NCBI GenBank assembly: GCA_002269645.1
Contig: NIVC01000087.1
Span: 885,608 to 949,607, forward strand
Direction of reading: 5' to 3'
Source: Macrostomum lignano
Lineage: Eukaryota
DNA: 64,000 nt
The position numbers and the translations under genes were made by a program. Every line of letters begins with the position of its first letter. Within the stretch, counting starts at the first letter, position 1. Below the pieces are notes generated by a model. It was not told the origin of the DNA. It made no database searches and worked only from the letters and a program-made list of their open reading frames with translations. Shown piece after piece: positions 34,522-48,199 of the stretch.

Positions 34522-37500
34522 GGAGTGAATGAGGCTGTTCAGTCCGCTGTTGTCTTTTCCTTTCTGCAACAAACAGAGACGCAACAAGAGTGTTGAAAAA
34601 AATTGCTATTCTGCGCGTTTTGCCAGATTGTTTTAGCGATACATCACTACAACAGGAAATTAATGCTTACATGTTGATCCATATGCTGGCAAAGGAGGCG
34701 CTGCGCAGACGGTTTTTTATCTCAAATGGCTTCCTAGTTTGGGGGAGTCCCTTTTAAAGCCGTGTAAAAATCGGTATAATTGCAGCCACCCTTTCCAGCC
34801 GGCGCGTTTGATCGATATTTATATGAGGCCGCACAAGTGAAAAGCTGACTGCGAGACTCCTCCACACAAACCCAGCGGGAGGGCGCGGCGGCTTCCTTTA
34901 AAGCCCACCGATAAACATTAGGGGGCTCCCCGCACCCACCCCGTCGCCCCCAATATTCGCACCTTGGCTCAAGCCAGCAGTATATTTTGACGCAAGCCGG
35001 CTCCAGCCTTAAATCGCATGTACATTTCATTTCCCCTGTACAACTAGAGAGGGGGGCTGGTGGCGCCCGTGAAATAATCGATATTTGTTATATAATCCAC
35101 CAGGCCAAGAGCAGGGCCAATCAGAATCAGAATGCTGCTAAGCCGCTGTGTGAGAAGTGCAAAGTAGAATAATAATCTTACACTGCACATTTGAGTGAGA
35201 GTTTACTTCATGATGATAATTGTCGCAAACTAAATGCCCTAACAACCCCAGCTGGAGTTGATTGGGATTGATAATTAACTATCAAATAGATCTGTGCAGG
35301 TTAATTATATAAAAGTTTGTCTTTTAGGTCATACAATGAAAGCATGATAAAGTTAATTAACTTAATTACGACCACAAAGATACGAGATATTGCGTTCGAT
35401 CATTTTTATTTTTGAGATAATTTTTATCAAGGCAGAATCAAATTATTGACTATTTGAGTTGTATGTACATGCACACAGCAACGAGAATCAAGATTCCATC
35501 TCGAAACCAGTAGGTCAACGAAGCTTTCTCAGATCTCAGCTCCAAGTGACGCAATTCACCCCCCCCCCCCACCCGCGGTTCTCGTCTCAACTGTTGGGCG
35601 CATGATGCAATTTGCGTCACAAGGTTTTTAAGATTGGTGCAGAGGAAGAGTTCTAGCTATAGAGTTGGGTTAAAGCTGCCAAACTCAGGTTCTCTGTCCT
35701 CATGAACAAACTTTGTACGAACTTGTGTTACATGTACAAGCAGGAATATACATGTAGTCGGGAAAATTTTCTCCAGGCAATGAAAGTCTGTTTGCATTGC
35801 AAATTTTGCATCTCATGTACATGTACGAGTTACATGTCTTTGGTTGGTTCCCAGATAGAGTTTGATTGTTCGTTTTTTCCATTCCGTATGCAGTACTAGA
35901 TCTATTACAAACGACGTGGTACATGTAACATATGAAGTCCAATCTATAGACTATAGTACAAATCCACCTGTACAAATCACGCATAGTTAGAGAGAAACTT
36001 CTCATTTAAAATGCACGGTAAAATATGAATAAAAATATCTTTGCTTGGTGGGTGGAACTTTTGACTGTTGGCGCATTGTCTGGAATTCATTCAGTGATCT
36101 AGTGAACCAGTTCTCTCCGATCGCAACTGCAAGTTACGCAACTCGCGCGGGGAACGGTATTATTCAATTGCTTTCATCATGCAGTTCCTATAGTGTACAA
36201 TTGAATAATACCGTGCCTGCAACTGCAGTGTCGGAGAGCACCGGGTTTGGCTTGAGGTGAGTTGAGCCTAGCTGGCACTGTTGAAATCCGCGGGCAGGGG
36301 CAGATAAAGTGCTCAGCGTTTTTACTGCCTGAGCGATAAAAGGGCCGGTATCGCTCCATAGGTACCCTTCGGCTGTCATGCAGGTAACGCCGCATCCCTG
36401 AGGCGTCAGACAGCCTCCAGATGGCTGTGAAGCCGGTGCCGTCGGTGCGGTTTAGGGTGTCATCATGCACTAGGCCCGAGACAGGCAACTCTCGATTGAC
36501 TGCAAACATGCCCTTTCTGGAGCTCGTCGGCAGATTCTAGTGTATTTTCGTATTTCTCTACAGACGAGCCAAACTCGAACACATCACATATTGTAAAAAT
36601 GTATTTTTCATTCGCGGAACTACGATTGATTGATACTCTCTCTACTTATAGTAGACTACTACGATTCCATTCTACTTCTACATAAAAATTATTTGCTATG
36701 CAAAACAAAAAATGGATGGAAAGGCTGAATTTAACTTCGGTTTCGACTAACATTTTTAACCCTCCAAACACCAGCTAATTAATTTGTTTAAGCACTAAAA
36801 AAGTGAAAACGCGTTTTTTATAAATTTTTATAATCTAAGCGTATCGTGTTCGTTCGATCGACGGAGCTAGGGCAAGTTAAACCAATTAGGCTCATTCATT
36901 AGGTCCCTTAGCCTTAGCCTCTTTAGATCTTGCTAATCACTTAAAACTAATAGGGACTAGGTAGCTTTAATTTTTTAAAATCACAGTGCTACAGTAGCCC
37001 AAATTTCCTAGAAATAGTTTCAAATACTTTTGATAGATCTTATAACATTTTCATTACTTTTGGTTTTGGAATTTGGCCAATTAATAAAAAGTTAATAAAT
37101 TTTCTTGCAGGTCCAGGGCATAGGTCCTAGCTTCAATTTTCAGTGTTTTAATGCATTTTACCTATTAACAAATAAGCACCAGGATCATTTTGCCCAAAAG
37201 AGTTAAGTTTATTTATGAAACTAACAGCCTACAAAAAGTTTGCTAAGAAATAGAAAATAAATTTTATAATGATTTTCATGCAAGAACTTATCATTTTGTT
37301 TAATTTTTAAAATACAAAAACAAAAGCATGTGCCCTGGCTTGATAGTTATGTTAGTGAATGTCATAGGCTTGGCTTGTTAGCTAGGCCTAGGCCTATGCC
37401 TAAGGCAGGCCTATCCTGTAGTTTCACATGTTAGCTAATTTATTTTTGCTGAAAATAATAACTTTTAAGTGGCTTTAAGCTTAGTAAGTGACAGCATAGA

Positions 37501-39794
37501 AAATAGAGAACAAATATAACATATTATCAAGTGTCTACTTTTGTTTATTAAATGCATTTATTATAATCATGCCATTGTCAATCATCAACTGAACTTTGTG
37601 AACCTAGTGGACCCATTTGTCCATACTATCACCATCAAGGGCAGGGCACATGGGCTCACATGAAGGCCAAATTTTGCTAGATACATGGTATATCCCATAG
37701 TTAGGAAGGTGGCACAGTGTGCGCCAGAATAAATTTTTTGGGACCATCTATGTGCTGTCTATGCACCATCTATGCGCCATTTGTGCGCCGTCTATGTGCC
37801 ATGTCTGTGCCCTTATTTTATGTAATTTATATAAATTAACATAATTTATGTATTTTATATAGATTATGTATTTTATGACAAATTTACAAAATTCTTAGAA
37901 TTCATTCATACCAGTTTTATGCTAATAAAGATTCTATTCTGATTCCTTATGCACCAAAGTTGTGCATAGGCCTAGCATTGCATATGTCAGAGACTTTATG
38001 CACTGCAATTATGCGCCGCATGCGCTAGGGACCTCAGTGTGCGCCATGATTGTGTGCCGCATGCACCAGGGACCTCAGTGTGCACCATGATTGTGCGCCA
38101 AGTGCGCCAAGGACCTCTTGTATGCGCCAGAATTTTCCATGGCAAAGGCCACTTTCCTGACTATAGGGTATATCTAAGAGATGTCTAATGGATAAATTTA
38201 TTTTCAAATTGACTATTTAAGTCACTTATAAAAATACCTATGGCGGTGCCCTTTCCCAAAACAAGACCTTTGAGAACTTCCTCTACTAGGTGTCTTTTAG
38301 CTGCAGGGCAGTCCAAAGATACAGTGGGAAGGTGAACGTTGCCTATTTTATTATCTACTGGATGTCACATTATTATCTATTATAGACTAACAAAACTAGA
38401 TAGTTGATTCCATGTTACCCCTTATTATTTATTGTCATTTACTTAAAGTTATTTAAAAGTTAAAACTTATTATTTTCAATAAAAATAATTTAATGTACAA
38501 AACTATAGGATAGCCAAAAGCTTCCTAGATGTCCATTGGAATTGCAAAGTTATTTTTTCTTTTTAATTTATATTTGTTTTATATATATATTATTTTATAT
38601 AAGTGATTTAAACTATCAAGCCTATCAATTAAATATTATTGTATTTTTTGCAAAAAACTTCAAATTTGCTTTTTGCATACATATTGGCAAGTCATAGGAT
38701 AGGACCTTTACCAAATTCCCAAACATTAATATTAGCATAGTATAAGATATCATATGATAGTCCTAAAGTAAAACTAAGGCATAGGAAGTTTTGGTAATTA
38801 TTTAAGGTCTAGAATCATATTTATTTAAGCAAGTATAGGCCAATTTAGGCCTATCAATTTTTTTAGTTAGGCCTAAGTTTAACTGCATATATGTTCAACC
38901 TCTTTGATTTATATTGGCTATACAACTTACTTTTTTTTACAAAAAATGCAATTTATCAATGAAAGAAACCCTAGGCTAGAACAAAAATTAACACAACTTT
39001 GGATAAATGGCAAGAGTATTTAACTGTCTTATTAAGTCTAAATGCCTCAATCTAATTAAGTACTATATCTATAAGTTGCATAAAGTCTTTACTGATCGAT
39101 TTTATGGCTATGGTTAAATAGTTAGGCCTTATTAATAACTATATTTAGCCTACAAATACTAGAATAACTAGATTGCCATCTAGTTATTCTAGTATATATG
39201 ACTAGGCCCTAAGCTAAAAGCTTAGACTTGAACCCTGGCTTAATGTAATTTTGATTTTATCATTTTTTAAAACTTACATACAAAATTTAAGATACCAAAG
39301 TTGATATGTCATGATATAAAATCGCTCCATAGGTAGTAGTATAGAATTTGTACTATATTAGTAGGCCTACACAGTAGCATAGAATTTGTAAACTATATTA
39401 GTAGGCCTATAGTAAAACCATTTTTAGTATACAGGAAAATCCATCCAAATATACTAAATCTTTATTTAATGCTTATTAACTATGCTTTAAATTTAACTAG
39501 GAAGATGCATTGTATTCATAATAGTAATCAGTTCTTATCTTAAAAAATAATTTTAATAGTCTAAAACCCAGGCTATGTGGCCAATAAGATCCAAAATTGG
39601 TTTAGATAGATTTCTTTAATTTGAACATCTATTTAACTAAATTTAAAAAGGACACAATGATTCTGAAATTACTGTATGGCCAAAGCCTAACAAGTTTATT
39701 TAGCATTGCCAACCTGTTTTGAATGCTATGCATGTGGTCGCGTCAGAAAGCAATACACAAGCGTGTTGAGGAGCAGTTCAAATCCAATAACAAC

Positions 39795-42700
39795 ATGCCA
39801 ACAGCCAAGCTAAATCCTGACCCAGAGATGCACGCTTTTGTTGAGCGCGTGCACGTCAAGGGCCTGCGTCGAACCCGCGATCAGCTCGTCCACTCGCAGG
39901 TTACTTGAGGCCATGGGTTTCTTTTAGAGCTAATTTAATCCCTCTTATTAAGGATCGCCTTCTTAATCACAATCCCTTTGATTGAGAATCGCCCACTTAA
40001 TCTTAATTCCTCTTATTAAGGATCGCCTTCTTAATCACAATCCATTTGATTGAGAATCGCCCACTTAATCTTAATCCCTCTCATTAAGGATCGCCTTCTT
40101 AATCATAATCCCTTTGATTGAGAATCACCCTGTTAATCTTAATCCCTCTGATGAAAATCGCCCTGTTAATCTTAATCCCTCTGATGAGAATCGCCCTGTT
40201 AATCTTAATCCCTCTGATTGAGAATCGCCCTGTTAATCTTAATCCCTCTGATTGAGAATCGCCCTGTTAATCTTAATCCCTCTGATGAAAATCGCCCTGT
40301 TAATCTTAATCCCTCTGATGAGAATCGCCCTGTTAATCTTAATCCCTCTGATTGAGAATTGCCCTGTTAATCTTAATCCCTCTGATTGAGAATCGCCCTG
40401 TTAATCTTAGTCCCTCTGATTGAGAATCGCCCTGTTAATCATAATCCCTCTGATTGAGAATCGCCCTGTTAATCTTAATCCCTCTGCTTGAGAATCGCCC
40501 TGTTAATCATAATCCCTCTGATTGAGAATCACTGCTAATCTTTGGCCCTCCCACTGAAAAAGTCCTCAAGTCCTGACATAATCCCACGGACTCTAATAAT
40601 AGCCCATTGCTTAATTGTCCCCAGGTGCGCCGTCTCCTATCAGATCGGGTGGCCACCTGGGGCCAGCTAGTGCTGGAGATCCAAGCCGCTAAGCGTCGCC
40701 TACAAGCCCTTGGCGTGTTCACTCGCGTCGACGTTACCATAGATACGGCAAAGTCTCCCGTAGCCGAACGAGCCGGCTTAGCCAATGCCGCCTATGAAGT
40801 TGTATTCGAAGTGCAAGAGTGCAAACAGATGCAATACGGCGTACGAACCATGGCAGGTATGGACGGCACCGTGTCCCTAGTGCTCAATGGCAATCTGCGC
40901 AATTTGACTGGCAACGCCGAACGGTTGATATTCGATTATCAAATTGGTACAAGAGACAGCAAATCGCATTTTTTAACTTTGGCCGCGCCGCTGGCCATGT
41001 ATCCGTTTGCTAAGGCTAGCGCCGGACTGGTTAATAGCTGCGTTGATTTTAATTGGGCCGCTGTCAAGGTGAGCTGTTTGGTCATAGCAAAATTAGCGAA
41101 TTGTATTATAGACTATGTGCTGTAATATAGTCGCTGTATGCTGTTGCCTTAATGGTTGCTATATCGTTGCCATGCTGTTGCTATGTTGTAGCTTTGCTGG
41201 TTGCTAAGCTGTTGCTATGTTGTAGCTTTGGTGGTTGCTAAGCTGTTGCTATGTTGTAGCTTTGGTGGTTGCTAAGCCGTTGCTATGTTGTAGCTTTGGT
41301 GTTGCTAAGCTGTTGCTATGTTGTAGCTTTGGTGTTGCTAAGCTGTTGCTATGTTGTAGCTTTGGTGTTGCTAAGCTGTTGCTATGTTGTAGCTTGGTGG
41401 TTGCTAAGCCGTTGCTATGTTGTAGCTTTGGTGGTTGCTAAGCCGTTGCTATGTTGTAGCTTTGGTGGTTGCTAAGCCGTTGCTATGTAGTAGCTTGGTG
41501 GTTGCTAAGCCGTTGCTATGTTGTAGCTTTGGTGGTTGCTAAGCCGTTGCTATGTTTTAGCTTTGGTGGTTGCTAAGCCGTTGCTATGTTTTAGCTTTGG
41601 TGGTTGCTAAGCCGTTGCTATGTTGTAGCTTTGGTGGTTGCTAAGCCATTGCTATGTTTTAGCTTTGGTGGTTGCTAAGCCGTTGCTACGTTGTGGATAC
41701 TGTGATTAATCGACAATTTTGCCTTGGTTTTGTTGCCCAAGCCGCTAGAAACCGAGGCTTTATAAGTATCAATGTTCCGGTGTAGACTTGCCTAGAGATG
41801 ATATTAGGAGAACATCAAATTGCTTGAACCGACTGCAGGAGAGCCACTCCAGCTGCTTCGCCAGTTTCTCTTTACCGCTCGGCCCAACCGAGCAGCTGCT
41901 GCGCGCCGAGCTGAGTTGGCGCCAGCTGTTGGCCTCCCAGGACGGCCGGGCGCCGCTGGCTGTACGCGAGCTGTGCGGCCACTCCATCAAGTGCGGCCTC
42001 AAACACGTGCTCGAAGCCGACAGTCGCGACAGCGCCACGGTGCCAATGAGCGGCGGCTTGATGCGGCTCACCAGCGAGCTTGCCGGCTTTGGCGGCGACG
42101 TTCGTCACCTTCGACTTGGCGCCAAATTGTCGCGCAGTCTGCCTTTGGCGCCGCTGTTCCCGGCGGCGTCAATTCACTTGACGGCGGCCTGCGGACACGC
42201 CGTGCCGATGAATGGCGGAGGCATTCCGCTGGCTGACCGGTTCACCATCGGCGGATTGTCTAGCGGACTGCGAGGCTTCGACATTAACTGCGTCGGGCCC
42301 AGCGTTCCCAGGGCCGCCCTATCCGCTGGGTACGTGCTACGCTTTTTCTATACTTCTATACCTGGCTATTCGTGCCAGCACTGTTCCAGTATTGTTTTTG
42401 ATTTGGCTATCCCTGACTTCCGGTGTTTGAATTAGGGTGTTTTTGATTTGGCTATCCCTGACTTCCGGTGTTTGAATTAGGGTGTTTTTGATTTGGCTAT
42501 CCCTGACTTCCGGTGTTTGAATTAGGGTGTTTTTGATTTGGCTATCCCTGACTTCCGGGGTTTGAATTAGGGTGTTTTTTATTTGGCTATCCCTGACTTC
42601 CGGTGTTTGAATTAGGGTGTTTTTGATTTGGCTATCCCTGACTTCCGGTGTTTGGATTAGGGTGTTTTTGATTTGGCTATCCCTGACTTCCGGTGTTTGA

Positions 42701-43809
42701 ATTAGGGTGTTTTTTATTTGGCTATCCCTGACTTCCGGTGTTTGGATTAGGGTGTTTTTGATTTGGCTATCTCCAACTTCCGGTGTTTGGATTAGGGTGT
42801 TTTTGATTTGGCTATTCCCAACTTCCGGTATGTTTTTGTTTTGGCTATCACTGACTTCGGTGTTTGAATAAGGATGTCTTTGATTTGGCTATCCCTAACT
42901 TCCGGTGTTTGAATAAGGATGTCTTTGATTTGGCTATCCCTAACTTCCGGTGTTTGAATTAGGGTGTTTTTGATTTGGCTATCCCCAACTTCCGGTGTTT
43001 GAATTAGGGTGTTTTTGATTTGGCTATCCCTGAATTCCGGTGTTTGAATTAGGGTGTTTTTGATTTGGCTATCCCTGACTTCCGGTGTTTGAATTAGGGT
43101 GTTTTTGATTTGGCTATCCCTGACTTCCGGTGTTTGAATTAGGGTGTTTTTGATTTGGCTATCCCAACTTCCGGTGTTTGAATTAGGGTGTTTTTGATTT
43201 GGCTATCCCTGAATTCCGGTGTTTGAATTAGGGTGTTTTTGATTTGGCTATCCCTGACTTCCGGTGTTTGAATTAGGGTGTTTTTGATTTGGCTATCCCC
43301 AACTTCCGGTGTTTGAATTAGGGTGTTTTTGATTTGGCTATCCCTGACTTCCGGTGTTTGAATTAGGGTGTTATATGCTTTGATTTGATTTGATTTTGGT
43401 TTGGCTATCGCACTCGATTTGCAGAGAAGAGCAGCAGCAGCAAGCAGCACCAGAAGTGCCCAGCCGTTGCTACCTTGGTGGCGAGTCGTTCTTCACGGCT
43501 GGCGCGCACCTGTACTGCCCGCTGCCGCTGGTCACTAGGCGTGGCAATTTTTTCGACTTATTCCGTCTGCACGCTTTCGCTAACGCCGGCTGCCTCGTGT
43601 CCAACGCTGGCGGCGCCCCCGTTGGCGACTGGCGATTGCCGCGGTTCCCGCGCGACGAAGTTCGTCTATCGTACGGCATCGGCATCCTCTTGGCTGTTGG
43701 CGGCCTGGCCCGATTCGAGCTGAATTACACAGTGCCGCAGGCCGCCTGCGCCGGTGACAAACTCGCTCCGGGCGTTGGTTTGGGCATTCACGTCGATTCG
43801 CCATTTTAA
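39795..43809 (+). CDS. SAMM50: Sorting and assembly machinery component Sam50 (Omp85 family); exons 39795-39899, 40625-41068, 41839-42329, 43425-43809
   Basis: POTRA VHVKGLRRTRD..LQALGVFTRVDVTID; barrel NLTGNAERL, GHSIK, ADRFTIGG..LRGF, YLGGE, RLSYGIG..ARFELNY. Junctions are phase-consistent; an upstream in-frame ATG at 39723 is an alternative start. Confidence 0.93.
39930..40530. repeat. 33-34-bp minisatellite in SAMM50 intron 1
   Basis: Unit ttaatcttaatccctctgattgagaatcgccctg. Confidence 0.9.
41130..41690. repeat. 33-34-bp minisatellite in SAMM50 intron 2
   Basis: Unit gttgctaagccgttgctatgttgtagctttggtg. Confidence 0.9.
42388..43400. repeat. 45-bp minisatellite in SAMM50 intron 3
   Basis: Unit gatttggctatccctgacttccggtgtttgaattagggtgttttt. 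Confidence 0.92.
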
Positions 43810-43894
43810 CCGCAAGTCTAACTGTATGCACCAATCATAGCAACCCTTGTTTACATTGAATACCGGTTATTCAAAACTAATACTTATTTTGATA

Positions 43895-44305
43895 GCATAA
43901 CAACCGGTTGTTTACCTTGGATACGGCTTGGCAACCGGTAGTTTACCTTTGATACGGCTTAACAACCGGTTGTTTACCTTGGATACGGCTTAGCAACCGG
44001 TAGTTCAGATCCATCATAGCAACCAATTTTTTGCCTTAAATACGGCTTAGCCACCGGTTTTTTACCTTGGATACGGCTTAGCAACCGGTAGTTTACCTTG
44101 GATACGGCTTAGCAACCGGTAGTTCACCTTGGATCCATCATAGCAACCGATTATTTACCTTAGATACGGCTTAGCAACCGGTAGTTTACTTTGGATACGG
44201 CTTAGAAACCGGTAGTTTACTTTGGATACGGCTTAGAAACCGGTAGTTTACTTTGGATACGGCTTAACAACCGGTAGTTTTACCTTGGATACGGCTTAGA
44301 AACCA
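43895..44305. repeat. 31-bp minisatellite 3' of SAMM50
   Basis: Unit ggatacggcttagcaaccggtagtttacctt. Confidence 0.88.
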
Positions 44306-45009
44306 GTGTTTATAGACTTCCTATATATTTAGACTTCCTATATATTTTCATGAGAATTCATCTTAAAGCCTATAAATTGCGGCAGTTCACCTTGGATTTT
44401 AGTTATTCTTGGGACCTGTGTTCCTTTGTCTCGGTCTCGGTAAAGACAAAATCTGTTTCGACATTGCTGTATCCATAGTCAGCACCCGGTTGCTATGCGG
44501 GTGGATCATTTCCCGCTATCCTATTGTGTTTAGTATAATGTTGATTGATGAAACTGTATGCTAACTAAGCACCCATATTGCCTATGCAAGACATGCCTGT
44601 ATGTACGAGTAGTTTGGATTTTATCAATAATTGATTTTCACCCAGCTTTGTGTGTTCTGTTTTGTGCGTTATTGCTAGAAAAATTAATCTAATGTATTAT
44701 GATGACACTTCTTTGTGCTAGCCTACTACTACTTTTAGTAGGCGTTAAAGAAATTTTAGGCTTATTTTGTGCTTCTAGTTTTAGCGACACCGTAATATCT
44801 GTCTGTTCATCGGATTTCCTGTTTAGCCCTATATGAAAATTAGTTTGACTATACCCACTGCTACTACTAGTAAACAAATAGAAAATACATTAGAATTTTC
44901 ATAGATGCGTTCAGCGCTTATGCGTTAAGCTAAACAGGTAGTCTGTGAAGTCAGTTTTGTATCAGACGTCTCAATGCTTTTAATTCTTCTAGAAACCTTA
45001 AATTTTACG

Positions 45010-45640
45010 GAGACATTCTCAATTCTCTGACATTCTCAAGTCTCTGACATCAATTCTCTGACATTCTCAATTCTCTGACATTCTCAATTCTCTGACATTC
45101 TCAATTCTCTGACATTCTCAATTCTCTGACATTCTCAACTTAAGTCTCTGACATAAATTCTCTGACACCCAATTCTCTGACATCAATTCTCTGACATTCT
45201 CAATTCTCTGACATTCTCAAGTCTCTGACATCAATTCTCTGACATTCTCAATTCTCTGACATTCTCAATTCTCTGACATTCTCAACTCAAGTCTCTGACA
45301 TCAATTCTCTGACATTCTCAATTCTCTGACATTCTCAAGTCTCTGACATCAATTCTCTGACATTCTCAATTCTCTGACATTCTCAATTCTCTGACATTCT
45401 CAACTCAAGTCTCTGACATCAATTCTCTGACATTCTCAATTCTCTGACATTAATTCTCTGACATTCAATTCTCTGACATTCTCAAGTCTCTGACATTCAA
45501 TTCTATGACATTCTCAATTCTCTGACATTCAATTTTATGACATTTTAGATTCTCTGACATTCAAGTCTCTGACATTTTTGATTCTCCGACATTCTTAATT
45601 CCCTGACATTCTAAATTCACTGACATTCAATTCTCTGACA
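45010..45640. repeat. 17-bp minisatellite
   Basis: Unit ttctctgacattctcaa. Confidence 0.9.
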
Positions 45641-45945
45641 TTTTAATTTCACCAATACGCTATTAACCACTTGTCTACGACAGAATTTCTTCCCCACTTC
45701 TCTGTCTTACCAGATGGCAAGTAATGCATGTTATAGACTGCGCTGTACACTTTGAATTCCAAAACAGTTTCTTTATTATGCACAGGCAAGAAAACACTTC
45801 CTCAACAGGAGAAGTGACATCTTTGACTGGAGAATAGTCTATGGCCAAGCTAGAAAAAGGCAAGAGAGAAAATTCAGGCATGAAGAGTTAACTGAAAGAA
45901 TTTTTACTCGTGCCTCCTTAGCTCACTATCCCGGCTTACCAAATC

Positions 45946-46920
45946 TTACAATGCAAGCGGTCAGACAGCGACGACAAGCAGCCTTGCGAAATTTGGGCCT
46001 CGACAGCGAATCGAGCGATTAATCATTTGTCACTGCTGAGAGCGAGGGAGAGGGAGGTGGCGAAAATCAAGCACGCAACGATGGGACGGAGGAAGACGAT
46101 CTGGGAATGATGCACGATGATTGGAGATCAGTAACTCCAGAGACTGATGCTCATTCTCTTCCCGAGTTCCTCGGGGCAAGCGGAGTCAATCCGGGATTCT
46201 TTGTACCTGCTGATGTTGACGACGGCTGGACAGCTATTTTCGAGCAGTTTCTACCCGATGATGTGCTTTCTACGCTTCAGATGTGCGTGTGGACAAACAA
46301 GAGAGCGCAGCTGGATATTGCCAAGTATGTACTGGCGTTGTACAGAAACCGGAGCTGACGGCTTACTGGTCCACGGACCCGTTCTACTTCCATCCTACTT
46401 TCAAAGCATGAAGATGCTCTTCCGCTAGCTGTTTCAACGAATCATGACATGGCTGCGTTGCTATGACTGTCTTGACTTCGGCGCTGATGATCCCTTGTGC
46501 AAGATCAGACCATTCCTAGACACTATCCGGACAGTTTACAAGAACAGCTACCTGCCCGGTCAAAATATTGCCGTTGATGATGCGCTGCTGCTCTACAAGG
46601 GGAGGCTGCTTTTTAAGCAGTACATGCCCAACAAGAGAGCCAAGTTTGGCATCAAGTTGTACTGCCTTGCCGAGTCTTCTACAGGCTACATGTGGAACTG
46701 TCTGGTTCATTCAACCACCATTGCGAATGAACAGTTCGCCAACGATTTGCTTCAGCTCTCAATCAGTGAGAGAGTCGCGTCGTAGAACTTTGTCGCGACG
46801 TCCTGGACCTTGGATATCGGGTCTTTTGCGACAGTTGGTTTTCATCAGTGCGACTGGCCAAGTTCCTACTGACCAAAGGAACAACCTTAACTGGGACCGT
46901 TCGCAAAGACCGAGGCGTTC
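45946..46920 (+). mobile_element. Decayed piggyBac-family transposase (frameshifts, stops, truncated by a minisatellite)
   Basis: Fragments W..PEFLGASG..FEQFL..TNKRA, AYWSTDPF, DPLCKIRPFLD, IAVDDALLLYKGRLLFKQYMPNKRAKFGIKLYCLAES, CDSWFSSVRLA..LTGTVRKDRGVP match piggyBac DDD-core motifs. A TTAA at 45663-45666 is a candidate left end; no right TIR was found. Confidence 0.85.
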
Positions 46921-47850
46921 CACCAAGAGACAGGGGCGACCATCAAGAGACAGGGGCGGCCATCAAGAGACAGGGGCGGCCATCAAGAGACAGGAGTGTC
47001 CACCAAGAGAGAGGGGCGCCCACCAAGAGAGAGGGGCGCCCACCAAGAGACAGGAGTGTCCACCAAGAGACAGGAGTGTCCACCAAGAGACAGGAGTGTC
47101 CACCAAGAGAGAGGGGCGCCCACCAAGAGACAGGAGTGTCCACCAGGAGAGAGGGGCGCCCACCAAGAGATAGGAGTGTCCACCGGGAGAGAGGGGCGCC
47201 CACCAAGAGACAGGAGTGTCCACCAAGAGACAGGAGTGTCCACCAAGAGAGAGGGGCGCCCACCAAGAGACAGGAGTGTCCACCAGGAGAGAGGGGCGGC
47301 CACCAAGAGACAGGAGTGTCCACCAAGAGAGAGGGGCGCCAACCAAGAGACAGGAGTGTCCACCAGGAGAGAGGGGCGGCCACCAAGAGACAGGAGTGTC
47401 CACCAAGAGACAGGAGTGTCCACCAAGAGAGAGGGGCGCCCACCAAGAGACAGGAGTGTCCACCAGGAGAGAGGGGCGCCCACCAAGAGACAGGAGTGTC
47501 CACCAGGAGAGAGGGGCGCCCACCAAGAGACAGGAGTGTCCACCGGGAGAGAGGGGCGCCCACCAAGAGACAGGAGTGTCCACCAGGAGAGAGGGGCGCC
47601 CACCAAGAGACAGGAGTGTCCACCAAGAGACAGGAGTGTCCACCAAGAGACAGGAGTGTCCACCAAGAGACAGGAGTGTCCACCAAGAGACAGGAGTGTC
47701 CACCAAGAGAGAGGGGCGCCCACCAAGAGACAGGAGTGTCCACCAGGAGAGAGGGGCGGCCACCAAGAGACAGGAGTGTCCACCAAGAGAGAGGGGCGCC
47801 AACCAAGAGACAGGAGTGTCCACCAACAGAGAGGGGCGCCCACCAAGAGG
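46915..47850. repeat. 20-bp two-variant minisatellite starting inside the transposase
   Basis: Units ccaccaagagacaggagtgt and ccaccaagagagaggggcgc. Confidence 0.95.
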
Positions 47851-48199
47851 CCAAATATTGGCAGCTTAGGATTGCAGCCCTTCCAATCATAATAAAGGTG
47901 CACTACTCAATGTAGTTCTACCTGGAGTGCCTAATATATCGCAATTAGTTATCTATTCCGCAATACAGCTGCTGCTGCGGATGCTCATGGTTTTGAGTCC
48001 CCCCGCACCCGCCACCCCAGTAGAGCATTCAGCAGCAGCTGCTGGGGGGACCCGCCTGTCTCATGCCTCCCCTCCTCGGCGGAGTCACTTAAAGTTTACC
48101 CTTCTTGTTGTCCCGTGCGCATGGCGACTGGCACAACTGTGGGCAATGGGCACAGAGAGAGATGGATAGAAAAATGAATTGAAATAACTGACAGTGCTG

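Noticed and set aside
46943-47915. Multiple ~300-aa overlapping ORFs
   Set aside because: Artefacts of the 20-bp array; only the first ~25 residues of the 46848 ORF are transposase.
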